A DNA stretch of 64,000 nucleotides from IMG/VR virus record IMGVR_UViG_3300045988_087221; one strand, written 5' to 3'. Numbering within the stretch: the first letter of the stretch is position 1; every line of letters begins with the position of its first letter. Both the position numbers and the translations under genes were made by a program. Of the stretch, positions 36,598-45,151 are shown in pieces. The stretch comes from a virus. The notes under the pieces are model-generated. The model was not told the origin of the DNA and searched no databases. It saw only the letters and a program-made list of their open reading frames with translations.

Positions 36598-36626
36598 CTA
36601 CAACTATTTATCACAAACCATTGTAG
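36598..36626 (-). repeat. conserved-loop hairpin R4
   Basis: Stem ctacaa/ttgtag. The loop is identical to R3 (TGGTTTGTGATAAATAG). Confidence 0.6.
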
Positions 36627-36709
36627 AACAATATTTTGTCGACCTATTTTAATTCACAATTATTACAACTTGAAAATATTTTAAATATCTTTGTTGTAAC
36701 TTGTAGTTG

Positions 36710-36783
36710 TGCTCCCATCCAGATTCAAACTGGAAACCCACAGCTTAGAAGGCTGTTGCTCTATTCAGTTGAGCTATGGGAGC
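36710..36783 (-). tRNA. tRNA-Arg (anticodon TCT)
   Basis: Acceptor GCTCCCA/TGGGAGC, D GCTC..GAGC, anticodon arm ACAGC-CTTCTAA-GCTGT, T TCCAG-TTTGAAT-CTGGA. Confidence 0.9.
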
Positions 36784-36922
36784 TGCTAATAATTAGCCTT
36801 TTTTCATCAACCTTGCCAAGTGAACTAACTATATAGTCAGTTATTTAGAATTGGTAGTTAATAAATGTTAATTTATAATCAACACTTAAAAACTTACCAA
36901 TTCTTTTATAGGCATAGAATGA

Positions 36923-37375
36923 TTATAGGGAATTAATTTTCTTCTTTAATTCTTTCATCTCAGCTTTAATACCACTGAGCACTTGTTGATAATATTGATT
37001 AGTTATTTTAGAGACTGCATCTTCATCACAACAAGTAAGCCAATAACTAAGAGAATGTGTCCATAATCCATAAATATCACCTAAGAATACTTCACTAGGA
37101 TCCATAGTTGATATGTTTTTAGTTCTGAACATTCCATATCTATCTGGACATATTGCAGGATTCCATGCTAAATGCATTGCCCCTAATTGTCTATGAATTT
37201 TAAAAGTGTCTTCAAGAGTGTGATGAGACATCAATTCACCCTTAAATTTAGTCAGCTGAAGGATTTGATGTTCTATCACATGTTTTTTATCCTTCTTCTC
37301 CTGATTTTTTCGAGCCATAACTCCAACTATAATAAATATAATTAAAGCTAGTAAGGCTATTACTGTTATTACCAT
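36923..37375 (-). CDS. membrane-anchored protein (hypothetical)
   Basis: 150 aa with an N-terminal TM helix. Confidence 0.55.
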   Translation of the reverse strand: MVITVIALLALIIFIIVGVMARKNQEKKDKKHVIEHQILQLTKFKGELMSHHTLEDTFKIHRQLGAMHLAWNPAICPDRYGMFRTKNISTMDPSEVFLGDIYGLWTHSLSYWLTCCDEDAVSKITNQYYQQVLSGIKAEMKELKKKINSL

Positions 37376-37389
37376 AATCTAATTAATTA

Positions 37390-37719
37390 CTACAATAGAG
37401 GTGCTTCTCTATTTTGTTTATACTCATTTCCTATTAACCAATAATAAAGATACTTATAGTTATTAACTAATTCAATAATTGGATAGTTTCTAATATAAAT
37501 ATATTTATAATGGTCTATTACTAACTCGCACAAAGCCTTAGCTGGGTTAGTTTTGTATCTCTTCTTCCATTCCTTAGTACAGCATAAATAGTTAGTAGAC
37601 CAAGTATTGGTTTTTCTAACACTTATTCTATTCTTAGGAATTACTGGAAGGACACTATCATTAACCCAGAAATCTAAGGCTTCAATTAGTAATTTGAAAT
37701 TATCTTTATCGATAATCAT
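37390..37719 (-). CDS. hypothetical protein
   Basis: 109-aa ORF. Ends in a TAG TAA tandem stop. Confidence 0.5.
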   Translation of the reverse strand: MIIDKDNFKLLIEALDFWVNDSVLPVIPKNRISVRKTNTWSTNYLCCTKEWKKRYKTNPAKALCELVIDHYKYIYIRNYPIIELVNNYKYLYYWLIGNEYKQNREAPLL

Positions 37720-37875
37720 TCTTACTTAGTCATTTCGGAACCTACAATAGCTACAAATATTAATCCAAATACTATAGCCCAAACAATTCTAAGAAACTCC
37801 ATTATTCTTTACTTTTTAATACTAAAATAATAATAATAGGAATTGCTCCACAAATTATATTTAATAGTGTCATAA

Positions 37876-38274
37876 CTATTTGTCGTTAGTTAACTTGTAG
37901 ATATAATCCCAGATGTCTTGAGGAATATTGTTGCCTGTCTCATGCACATAATCCTTCATATGACACATATTGCCATCTTCAGCAGTCTTAATTACTGCTT
38001 CAGTGAAGAGCTTAATGTCCTTGAGATTTGGAGTAACAAGAGTAATCTTTGTTGAATCTGTAGCACCAATGCCAGTAATCAGACCCTCAAAAGCAGTAAG
38101 GTCGCCACTCTTAACCTTACCTTCAATAGCCTTACTAGTAATGTGAGCAGCCATCATAAGGACCTCCTTATCTTCATCAGTCTTGGTTACACTGACGCTC
38201 TCCATGATGTCGTTGTTAACTACCAATACGTTACTGAACAAACCAAAATCGTTTACTTTCTTTGTAAAATCCAT
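37876..38274 (-). CDS. hypothetical protein
   Basis: 132-aa ORF. Ends in TAG within TAGTTATG. Confidence 0.55.
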   Translation of the reverse strand: MDFTKKVNDFGLFSNVLVVNNDIMESVSVTKTDEDKEVLMMAAHITSKAIEGKVKSGDLTAFEGLITGIGATDSTKITLVTPNLKDIKLFTEAVIKTAEDGNMCHMKDYVHETGNNIPQDIWDYIYKLTNDK

Positions 38275-38425
38275 AATCTTATCTATTTAATTAATTATCT
38301 AAAAAATACATAAGTCTTGTCTTATGATTAACCAATTTACTTTCCAAGATGTCAACTATTTATTATACTCTATAGTACTAGAGTCCTATTTTATCTTTAT
38401 TCGTATTTCTATATAAATGTGTATA

Positions 38426-38656
38426 CTATTCAGGGCATTTTAAAGAACGTCCGTCTACTACACATGTCCCTTGTAAATCAGAGATTATATATTTAGATGG
38501 TTTATTATCTTCGTACTGAATAGCAGCTACGATACTAGAATCTATTGTCATAGTATCAGGCTTAATATCCACACCCATTAACATAGTCTCTAATTGTGCT
38601 GCAATCTTTTCTGCTTCTGCTGTTGTCATAGTTGTTCCATAATTAACAAGTCCCAC
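38426..38656 (-). CDS. hypothetical protein
   Basis: 76-aa ORF. Ends in TAG. Confidence 0.5.
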   Translation of the reverse strand: MGLVNYGTTMTTAEAEKIAAQLETMLMGVDIKPDTMTIDSSIVAAIQYEDNKPSKYIISDLQGTCVVDGRSLKCPE

Positions 38657-38752
38657 AACCTTACTAAATAGTAAAGACCTAACTAAACAATAATTAGTTA
38701 ACTAACTAAAGTCTAATTAGGTCTTTTTGATTATGGAACTTAACAGAAAAAA

Positions 38753-39262
38753 TTATTTCTTCTCATTATAGAGAAGATGCATAGCGTACTGTGCCTTCTC
38801 CATTACAAAGCCAAACAATGTACCAAATGTGTATGGCTTACGATGCCACTTCTTAGGAACATAAGCAAGTGCTTTCTCCAACTGGCACCACATATGAGCT
38901 GTAAACTCATCAAACTTTTCTTCTTCTGCTAACTTAATAGCTTCCTTCATTGCTTGATGTGATTTAAGCTCAAAGGTATCATCACAATCTCCCTTGGTAC
39001 GATATTCCCAAGAGTCTGCCTTACGCTCGCCACGCTCCTTAGCGTTAACAAGCTCATGCTCACATTTATCTATACGCTCTTTAAGCGCATAAATAATGTC
39101 ATCCTTAAACAAGTGCAACAACTCAACGTCATCAAACTCATGTGGCTTGTAATCACCATTTGAGTTCAAGATGATCTCAGTTCTTTGCACTCCGTTAGCT
39201 ACCTCTGTTTCGGTAGTCACTTTGACACCCTCAGATGTCCAAGAAAAAATTCCATTTTTCAT
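38753..39262 (-). CDS. hypothetical protein
   Basis: 169-aa ORF, less AT-rich than average. Confidence 0.6.
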   Translation of the reverse strand: MKNGIFSWTSEGVKVTTETEVANGVQRTEIILNSNGDYKPHEFDDVELLHLFKDDIIYALKERIDKCEHELVNAKERGERKADSWEYRTKGDCDDTFELKSHQAMKEAIKLAEEEKFDEFTAHMWCQLEKALAYVPKKWHRKPYTFGTLFGFVMEKAQYAMHLLYNEKK

Positions 39263-39476
39263 TGTTGTAAATCTAAAATTGTGAATCTATAAACAGACAT
39301 AGTGTCTGTCTTATTATAATTGTGAATTGATACCTAAATACAACCTAACTACACTTAATTAGACTAAAAACCATATTAAATTTTATGGCAAAATCCTTAC
39401 ATTAGTTTCAAAACTAGTAGGCTCACGACTTTTCTTAAACTGTTTCATTTTTTATTACTATTTATATTGTTAATAA

Positions 39477-39686
39477 CTAGGAATTAGCCCATTTAATAAG
39501 CCAATCCCAACCTGTATATTCCTTAAACAGTTCTTCGTTCATAAAGGTAGAACAAAGAACACAAAGGGCAAATGCCCCAAAGCCCATAAATGCTGCCACA
39601 AAGAGTGACATATGAGCAATGTAATCTATACCACATATGTAAATAATGATATAGAATGCTGTGAAGTAAAAATAAAATCTTTTCAT
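39477..39686 (-). CDS. small membrane protein (hypothetical)
   Basis: 69 aa with two hydrophobic helices. Ends in TAG. Confidence 0.5.
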   Translation of the reverse strand: MKRFYFYFTAFYIIIYICGIDYIAHMSLFVAAFMGFGAFALCVLCSTFMNEELFKEYTGWDWLIKWANS

Positions 39687-39720
39687 TTGTTAATGTGTTT
39701 AATTATTTTATTACTAGCTG

Positions 39721-40020
39721 TTAAATCGATACATTATTAGCTAATTTAAATAGAGCAATATCTACTTTAACAATAGACATCTTTCTAATTGAGAATTTCT
39801 CATTAATTACGAGAGACATCAACTTAAACATCTCTGGAGTATATTCTAATCCGGATTCTTTAATAAGCTGATTTACTGCGTAATTATGAGCCTTTCTATT
39901 AGCTATTGCTATATTACGATATTTAGCAGCATTAAATTTCCAGTTTCTATGTTCCTTCTCTTTTATCTTATTCTGATAAAACTGGAATACCTGAATAAGT
40001 GTTGAACTGCCTGTAATCAT
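39721..40020 (-). CDS. hypothetical protein
   Basis: 99-aa ORF. Confidence 0.5.
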   Translation of the reverse strand: MITGSSTLIQVFQFYQNKIKEKEHRNWKFNAAKYRNIAIANRKAHNYAVNQLIKESGLEYTPEMFKLMSLVINEKFSIRKMSIVKVDIALFKLANNVSI

Positions 40021-40104
40021 TTTCTGTTAAGTGTGTAATTAATTAAAGTGAGCAGTTTAAACTCATGCTCAGGAGCCTGTCTTAAAACTATGTGCGAATA
40101 TGAG

Positions 40105-40305
40105 TTACTTAACTAAACCTACATACATAGTAGTGTAATTATTAGCTACTGAATCCATTTCACTAATCTGATTAGCCTGCATAAGTACAGTCTTTCTCAG
40201 CTGCTTGTTAGCTGTGTGACAATTAACTAAATTAATTGACAATACAACTACTGCACTTACTAATACTAACATAATAAGTGCTGTTACTTTATTTACCTTA
40301 TTCAT
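40105..40305 (-). CDS. small membrane-anchored protein (hypothetical)
   Basis: 66 aa with an N-terminal TM helix. Confidence 0.5.
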   Translation of the reverse strand: MNKVNKVTALIMLVLVSAVVVLSINLVNCHTANKQLRKTVLMQANQISEMDSVANNYTTMYVGLVK

Positions 40306-40502
40306 ATTGTTAATGTGTATTAATTGTTTATAATACTAAATTTTCTGTAACTTATTTCTTTACAGTCATTGCATTCCAAAGAATTTTGTCACAGTTATAA
40401 TTAGTGTTCACCCATTGCTGAATCTCTCTGAGAACATTTTCAGAGTTAGATTCAATACTTAATTTGTATACCATAATTTTATTATTGTTAAATAGTTATT
40501 AA

Positions 40503-40895
40503 TTAATAATGAAACTCAAAGTAATATTTTTTACGAATACCCTCTGATAAAAAGAACTTAATGAGTGTTTTCACCTGTTCAAGTTCATAGTTAAGTGTCT
40601 CAAAATCATCAGTAGGTAATACTAATTTACCCTCATAAATAATAAGACACTTTACTACTTGATCACAAGTCATCATACGATTACTGTGATTATGTACTAC
40701 TTGTTCATACATTATGGAATCTTTAGCCTTTTCAGCAATATCCGCATAAGTGTTAAATACACCTTCTAACCAGTGAAACCATAACCCAAACTCTTTGGAA
40801 AGTTCTGGAGTACCAGTAAATGTACAATACTTACTGTCAAACTCCGCCAAATTAATTGGCTGTTTTGTTGTTGTGTTAATAATTTGAAACGTCAT
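40503..40895 (-). CDS. hypothetical protein
   Basis: 130-aa ORF. Confidence 0.55.
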   Translation of the reverse strand: MTFQIINTTTKQPINLAEFDSKYCTFTGTPELSKEFGLWFHWLEGVFNTYADIAEKAKDSIMYEQVVHNHSNRMMTCDQVVKCLIIYEGKLVLPTDDFETLNYELEQVKTLIKFFLSEGIRKKYYFEFHY

Positions 40896-40990
40896 AATTT
40901 ATTTAGTTAAAGAGTTAATAATTAGAACTCCAGTCAGGTTACAATCCTGATACAATGCTTTTATTTACTGGAGTTGTTTAAAGATGAGCT

Positions 40991-41572
40991 TTATCTTACG
41001 AATCCAGGTACAGAAACGATGAATCCGTTTTCTCTCTTGCAGTCTGGATGACCAGTAGCTGGTGCTACTAAATCCTTTCTGCGAAGATTAATGTGCTTTT
41101 CCTTTTCAACACTAAGCACCATTGCTGAAACAATGTACATTGTACCCCTCTTAGGTTCAGGAAGGTTTTCAACCTCCCCATAGAATACCTTTGCAATACC
41201 ACAGCAAAAGTTGGTAAAGCTATTGGCTACTCTAGCTATTTTACCTGATGCAGGATAGGTAGTTCCATCATTTAATTTGATATCATGTGGGGTGAGATTG
41301 ATGAACTCTGTGGGAAGTACATCGAAGTGTATCCCTTCTTCATTCATATCAAGGTCGTCACAACCTTCCTCATGATTATCCAAATGAATATCATAGTATA
41401 CTTTACCATTATATTCATAGGAACTTGTAATAGTTCCTAACTCGTTAGTACACTCTTCATCAGGAGCATAGCTAATTATGCGTGTGCCATTTTCTAAAAT
41501 TTTTTTCATTTTATTTATTGTTAATGTGTTATTCCAAATTTTATCTAGTTTTGGATTTACTAGTATAAACAT
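40991..41572 (-). CDS. hypothetical protein
   Basis: 193-aa ORF. About 700 nt of non-coding sequence lies upstream. Confidence 0.6.
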   Translation of the reverse strand: MFILVNPKLDKIWNNTLTINKMKKILENGTRIISYAPDEECTNELGTITSSYEYNGKVYYDIHLDNHEEGCDDLDMNEEGIHFDVLPTEFINLTPHDIKLNDGTTYPASGKIARVANSFTNFCCGIAKVFYGEVENLPEPKRGTMYIVSAMVLSVEKEKHINLRRKDLVAPATGHPDCKRENGFIVSVPGFVR

Positions 41573-42288
41573 TTAATTGTTCATAGATAGCTAATAACGT
41601 ACAACTGTTACTAACTATTTCGTCCAAGTCTCATCAGTATGAATTTTATAGTCTCCTTGGCTGACTAAACAATTTCTCTTACTCCTTGTTCAAGGGAAGC
41701 CTCTCTTTAAGCACTGAGGTTATTGCTTTAAAAATGTGTAGTTCTTCAACACTTACTATCTCCTACACTGATTTTCATTCAGCTTTCTTTTTGTATATTT
41801 GTAAAATATACTCAAATACTCTCAATGTGTTACGACTGCTTATCTACTTCTCATACAACTTAGCTTTATAATAATGTTAATTAATTATATATTAAGAAGC
41901 AACTCCACTCTAGATAAGTAAGTGAGCTGTGTTTTTTTACTTTAAACTTATTTTTAGTTTAACCGTCTAACTAAATAAAGGACTTAATGTTGTTTTAATT
42001 TTGTCATTTTTGTTTTTTCAAATAATACAAAGTAACAGCTCCCCATACACCAAATTGGCAAAATGGCAAATAAAGTGAAAGTACACTAAATGTGCCCTCC
42101 CACACATCTGCCGTTGCGCGCTTACCTCTCTAGTGTATCAGAGAGCTATGTTACTGTGTTTTATTTTTAATTTTGTTGTTAAATTTAGCTGTCTTTCCAG
42201 CTTGCCAGAATAAAAAATAGAAACATTGTTAACTAACTCTGTTGTTTTGTTGTTTATTGTTTTGTTGTGATTTTGTTGTTTACGACAG

Positions 42289-42477
42289 TTACAGTACCAC
42301 TCGTCGACTAATTCGATACCAACCGTCGTCTAAATCATGTAATTCAAAGTAGCCATATTGAGGATGAGGTGTAAATTGTCCACATAATGTAAACTCTCTA
42401 CCATCATCACTTACAAATGTACTACCTGAATAGGTTCCTTTAAGACAAATAACCTTTTTTGTTCTTATTTTTTTCAT
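42289..42477 (-). CDS. hypothetical protein
   Basis: 62-aa ORF preceded by a duplicated 20-bp motif. Confidence 0.5.
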   Translation of the reverse strand: MKKIRTKKVICLKGTYSGSTFVSDDGREFTLCGQFTPHPQYGYFELHDLDDGWYRISRRVVL

Positions 42478-42496
42478 ACACTAAAATAATTACATT

Positions 42497-42573
42497 ATCG
42501 GCACTTGCTTACAAATTTTAAAATATACACTAGTACAAAATGAACATTGTTTCATCGGCACTAGCTTACAAAT
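42497..42573 (-). promoter_or_regulatory. two 20-bp direct repeats (atcggcacNtgcttacaaat), candidate promoter or operator pair
   Basis: Copies at 42497-42516 and 42554-42573, 19/20 identical and 57 bp apart. Minus sense reads ATTTGTAAGC.AGTGCCGAT with a TTTG element. Confidence 0.4.
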
Positions 42574-42587
42574 GTAATAATTAATAA

Positions 42588-42605
42588 GTAGGGATTTCTC
42601 CCTAC
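42588..42605 (-). terminator. GTAGGGA-GAAA-TCCCTAC hairpin after 42614-43228
   Basis: Perfect 7-bp stem with a GAAA tetraloop, followed on the minus strand by a T-rich TTATTAATTATT. Confidence 0.5.
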
Positions 42606-42613
42606 CTATTAAT

Positions 42614-43228
42614 TTAGAGTGACCATACGTTCACTCTCATTACTCTGTGCGCTCCCTTTGCGTAGTCGAGATTTCCCTGAGATACCGCACGTGTTGCCAC
42701 GATTGGACGACAACCCTGAGCCACCAAAGTAAGCTCATTTGGGAGCTGCTTCTTTCCGGCTTTTACAGCCATAAACAGCTCTAAAACGTTACGGGTCTCT
42801 GCGTCAAAGAACTCAACATTTGCAGGGTCAAAGCCCTCAATATGTTGAGCTGTATGCTCTGTCTCTGTGCGAGATTTGCCCTCTTTTCCGTTGTCCTCTT
42901 TGAACGTGCCTTCCCACTTGTAACCGGCTAAGCTTGGCTTAATTAAGTTACGTAAGGAAATATTACGACCATCAGATAACTTAGCACCAAAGAAGGTGTT
43001 TTGTGGAACCTGTGCGCCATTTACATTTGCGTAAACGACCACAATCTCAACCTCACCTGTAAGGTGAATGGTCTCTCCAATAGTGAAACCATTACCGCCC
43101 TCTTGTCGAGATTGCATCTGTTTCCAGGCGTCATCAGTTAACTCGTTCAAACCTGCACTTTTGCGGATTTTATTCAATTCCTCAAACTGCTTTTTCAAAT
43201 CGGCTGCACTTGCTTTAAAATCTTTCAT
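42614..43228 (-). CDS. hypothetical protein, first gene of the minus-strand block, GC-rich outlier
   Basis: 204-aa ORF. Sampled 60-nt lines are 43-55% GC against about 15-37% elsewhere. Confidence 0.65.
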   Translation of the reverse strand: MKDFKASAADLKKQFEELNKIRKSAGLNELTDDAWKQMQSRQEGGNGFTIGETIHLTGEVEIVVVYANVNGAQVPQNTFFGAKLSDGRNISLRNLIKPSLAGYKWEGTFKEDNGKEGKSRTETEHTAQHIEGFDPANVEFFDAETRNVLELFMAVKAGKKQLPNELTLVAQGCRPIVATRAVSQGNLDYAKGAHRVMRVNVWSL

Positions 43229-43278
43229 AATTTCTAATTTTTTAAATTAATAATATGTTTCTTTTTTTATTCAAGTTT

Positions 43279-43288
43279 GAGGGGGGGA
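43279..43288 (+). repeat. G-tract element 1 (TGAGGGGGGGACTAAAGTGG)
   Basis: G7 run at 43281-43287 in an AT-rich spacer. Confidence 0.7.
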
Positions 43289-43349
43289 CTAAAGTGGGTG
43301 TCTACCGTAGCTTAAATAACTCTCTAAATTTTTAGCATTGGATTAAATT

Positions 43350-43360
43350 GGGGGGGGGGA
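43350..43360 (+). repeat. G-tract element 2 (TTGGGGGGGGGGAATTAAAATGG)
   Basis: G10 run at 43350-43359. The flanks resemble element 1. Confidence 0.7.
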
Positions 43361-43512
43361 ATTAAAATGGTGATTTTTGGCAATAATTTAGGTATAAAGT
43401 TCTAATTGTCACATTTTAAATTATTTTAACTTTTATATTTTCAACAATTAATCTATTGTAGAATGTGATTAAAAAAGAACTAAATTAAAACAATTTTAAA
43501 ATATTAATTAGT

Positions 43513-43911
43513 ATGGTTGAAAACTTGTTAGAAGGAATAATGACAAATGAAGAATTTCAAGAGCTTATGAAAGCTTCTGAAAATAACAAAGATTATAAAT
43601 TTAATAAAAATGGTTTAGATATTTCAATGAATAGTTCAGATAATGGTTTTGAACTTAGTGTTAAATACACTAATCCAGTACAATCTGAAGTAGAGAAGTT
43701 TACAGATTTCTTGAATGGTTTGGATGATGAGTTGTTTGTAGACATTTGTGAACAGATTGGTAATGATGGATTACAAAAGATTCAAAATTGTTTGGACTCA
43801 GAAAATATTGAATCTGTTCGTTCTGCTGTCTCTTATTTTAAAGCACATGCACGAAAATTCATTGCAGATAAAACTAACTATTTAAATGAGCAATTAGTTA
43901 AATTTAACTAA
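43513..43911 (+). CDS. hypothetical acidic protein
   Basis: 132-aa ORF in the standard code. First plus-strand gene. Confidence 0.6.
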   Translation: MVENLLEGIMTNEEFQELMKASENNKDYKFNKNGLDISMNSSDNGFELSVKYTNPVQSEVEKFTDFLNGLDDELFVDICEQIGNDGLQKIQNCLDSENIESVRSAVSYFKAHARKFIADKTNYLNEQLVKFN

Positions 43912-43927
43912 TAACTTAAACACACAT

Positions 43928-43955
43928 TTAGCTAGTTCCCTTGATAACTAGCTAA
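43928..43955 (+). other. 10-bp-stem hairpin immediately upstream of the suppressor tRNA
   Basis: ttagctagtt/aactagctaa with an 8-nt loop. Ends 3 nt before the tRNA 5' end. Confidence 0.55.
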
Positions 43956-43958
43956 TAT

Positions 43959-44030
43959 TCTCTTATGGTGTAATGGTCAGCACAGAAGACTCTAAATCTT
44001 TTAGTCAGGGTTCGAATCCTTGTGAGAGAA
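43959..44030 (+). tRNA. amber suppressor tRNA (anticodon CTA), Gln-like
   Basis: Canonical cloverleaf: acceptor TCTCTTA/TGAGAGA (U1:A72), D GTGT-AATGGTCA-GCAC, anticodon arm GAAGA-CTCTAAA-TCTTT, T CAGGG-TTCGAAT-CCTTG. The D arm is nearly identical to that of tRNA-Gln(TTG) at 35041-35111. Confidence 0.9.
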
Positions 44031-44055
44031 CAATTTAATTATAAAAATATGTATT

Positions 44056-44376
44056 ATGATTATTGCAATTTATAAACTAAATGACAAGCTGTTAAAAACA
44101 ACTAATTTAGAAAAGAAACTTAAAAAGTTGAAAAAGTCTAAATTAGATAGTAAAATACAAATTCTTTTCCAAGAGGATTATGAGGGGGATTTAAAAGAGG
44201 CTGAGAATTATTTAGATTACATAATTAAAAAGAACTATGTAATAGATGACAATGTAGATGATACTAGTAATGTGGTTTTCCATCATTATATTAATAGACA
44301 AACTGGTTATACACACACTAGTATATATGATAATGATATAAGAATAATAAATGAAGGTTATGAGCAAATTGACTAA
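44056..44376 (+). CDS. hypothetical protein
   Basis: 106-aa ORF in the standard code. Confidence 0.55.
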   Translation: MIIAIYKLNDKLLKTTNLEKKLKKLKKSKLDSKIQILFQEDYEGDLKEAENYLDYIIKKNYVIDDNVDDTSNVVFHHYINRQTGYTHTSIYDNDIRIINEGYEQID

Positions 44377-44536
44377 AAATTATAATATTTACGAAGACTA
44401 TTTAAATAGAAATGCTACGCTGTCTTTAAATAAAGCGGAGGAAACAGTAGATAAAGTATTAACAGAACCGTTTAAAAATAAGCAATGGTTTCTTAATTAT
44501 CTAGATGAATTAAATAAACAATCAGTAAGGTACTAA
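44351..44536 (+). CDS. hypothetical protein
   Basis: 61-aa ORF. Confidence 0.45.
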   Translation: MKVMSKLTKNYNIYEDYLNRNATLSLNKAEETVDKVLTEPFKNKQWFLNYLDELNKQSVRY

Positions 44537-44550
44537 TGTAATTCTAAATA

Positions 44551-44862
44551 ATGATTGATTATAAAGCAACTATTAAAAATATACACTCAGCATTGTCTGA
44601 TTTAAATATAGATGAATTATTAATTATACTTGATTGTATTAAAGAGATTCCTAGTTATAATAATTCTGTACACATTAATAGTGGAGGTTATACATATCCT
44701 AGTATGGATAATGTTCTGTTAAATTCAAAATTGAAATCTCCATCTGTTTCAGATACATTATATTCTTTGCAATTAGAAACAGACCATACTACATGTAATT
44801 CAGTAAATTGTACTAATGTAGCTAAGAAACGTGAAGATAATAAGATTAATGTTTCAATTTAA
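44551..44862 (+). CDS. hypothetical protein
   Basis: 103-aa ORF. Confidence 0.5.
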   Translation: MIDYKATIKNIHSALSDLNIDELLIILDCIKEIPSYNNSVHINSGGYTYPSMDNVLLNSKLKSPSVSDTLYSLQLETDHTTCNSVNCTNVAKKREDNKINVSI

Positions 44863-44884
44863 GTTTATAAATTATAAAATATTT

Positions 44885-44920
44885 AAGGCGACCTAGCAAT
44901 TAAGCTAAGCCGCCTTTTAT
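44885..44920. terminator. bidirectional hairpin terminator between convergent units
   Basis: AAGGCG/CGCCTT outer stem with inner TAGC/GCTA stem, followed by TTTTATT. Confidence 0.55.
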
Positions 44921-45151
44921 TGTATCTATTAATTACTATAATTAATTATTTTCTCCATATACTAGTTATACTATCTATACCTAGTAGTCCCATACAACAA
45001 TATAAAACTGTATCTATCATATTAGGAGCTTGTATCTAACTAATAGAACAGTATATTAGAATAATTAAACTAACTACCCATCCTAATATTCCACATACTC
45101 TTTTACTACTTACTCCGGTATGCGCTGTTATTAATTTAATTAAAAACTATT

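Larger units (their letters stand above)
43229..43512. promoter_or_regulatory. divergent intergenic control region
   Basis: Separates the minus-strand and plus-strand gene blocks. Contains two related G-tract elements. Confidence 0.45.

Noticed and set aside
33007-36626. The repeated hairpins could be a CRISPR array.
   Set aside because: The stems differ between copies and only the loop is conserved. Spacing is irregular and filled by tRNA genes. No cas genes are present.
34971-36836. Track ORFs 34971-35216, 35874-36065 and 36636-36836 (also 26902-27114).
   Set aside because: They run across or antisense to tRNA and tRNA-like genes and have no coding signature.
41686-41871. A 61-aa plus-strand ORF in the long non-coding region.
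   Set aside because: It is isolated on the opposite strand to all its neighbours, starts with TTG, and is Ser/Leu-rich and low-complexity.
44925-45150. A holin-like 61-codon frame with two hydrophobic segments (..CGILGWVVSLIILIYCSIS(Q)..MIDTVLYCCMGLLGIDSI..) downstream of the 644-aa gene.
   Set aside because: The frame has no ATG, GTG or TTG start before the hydrophobic segments. I cannot support it as a gene.
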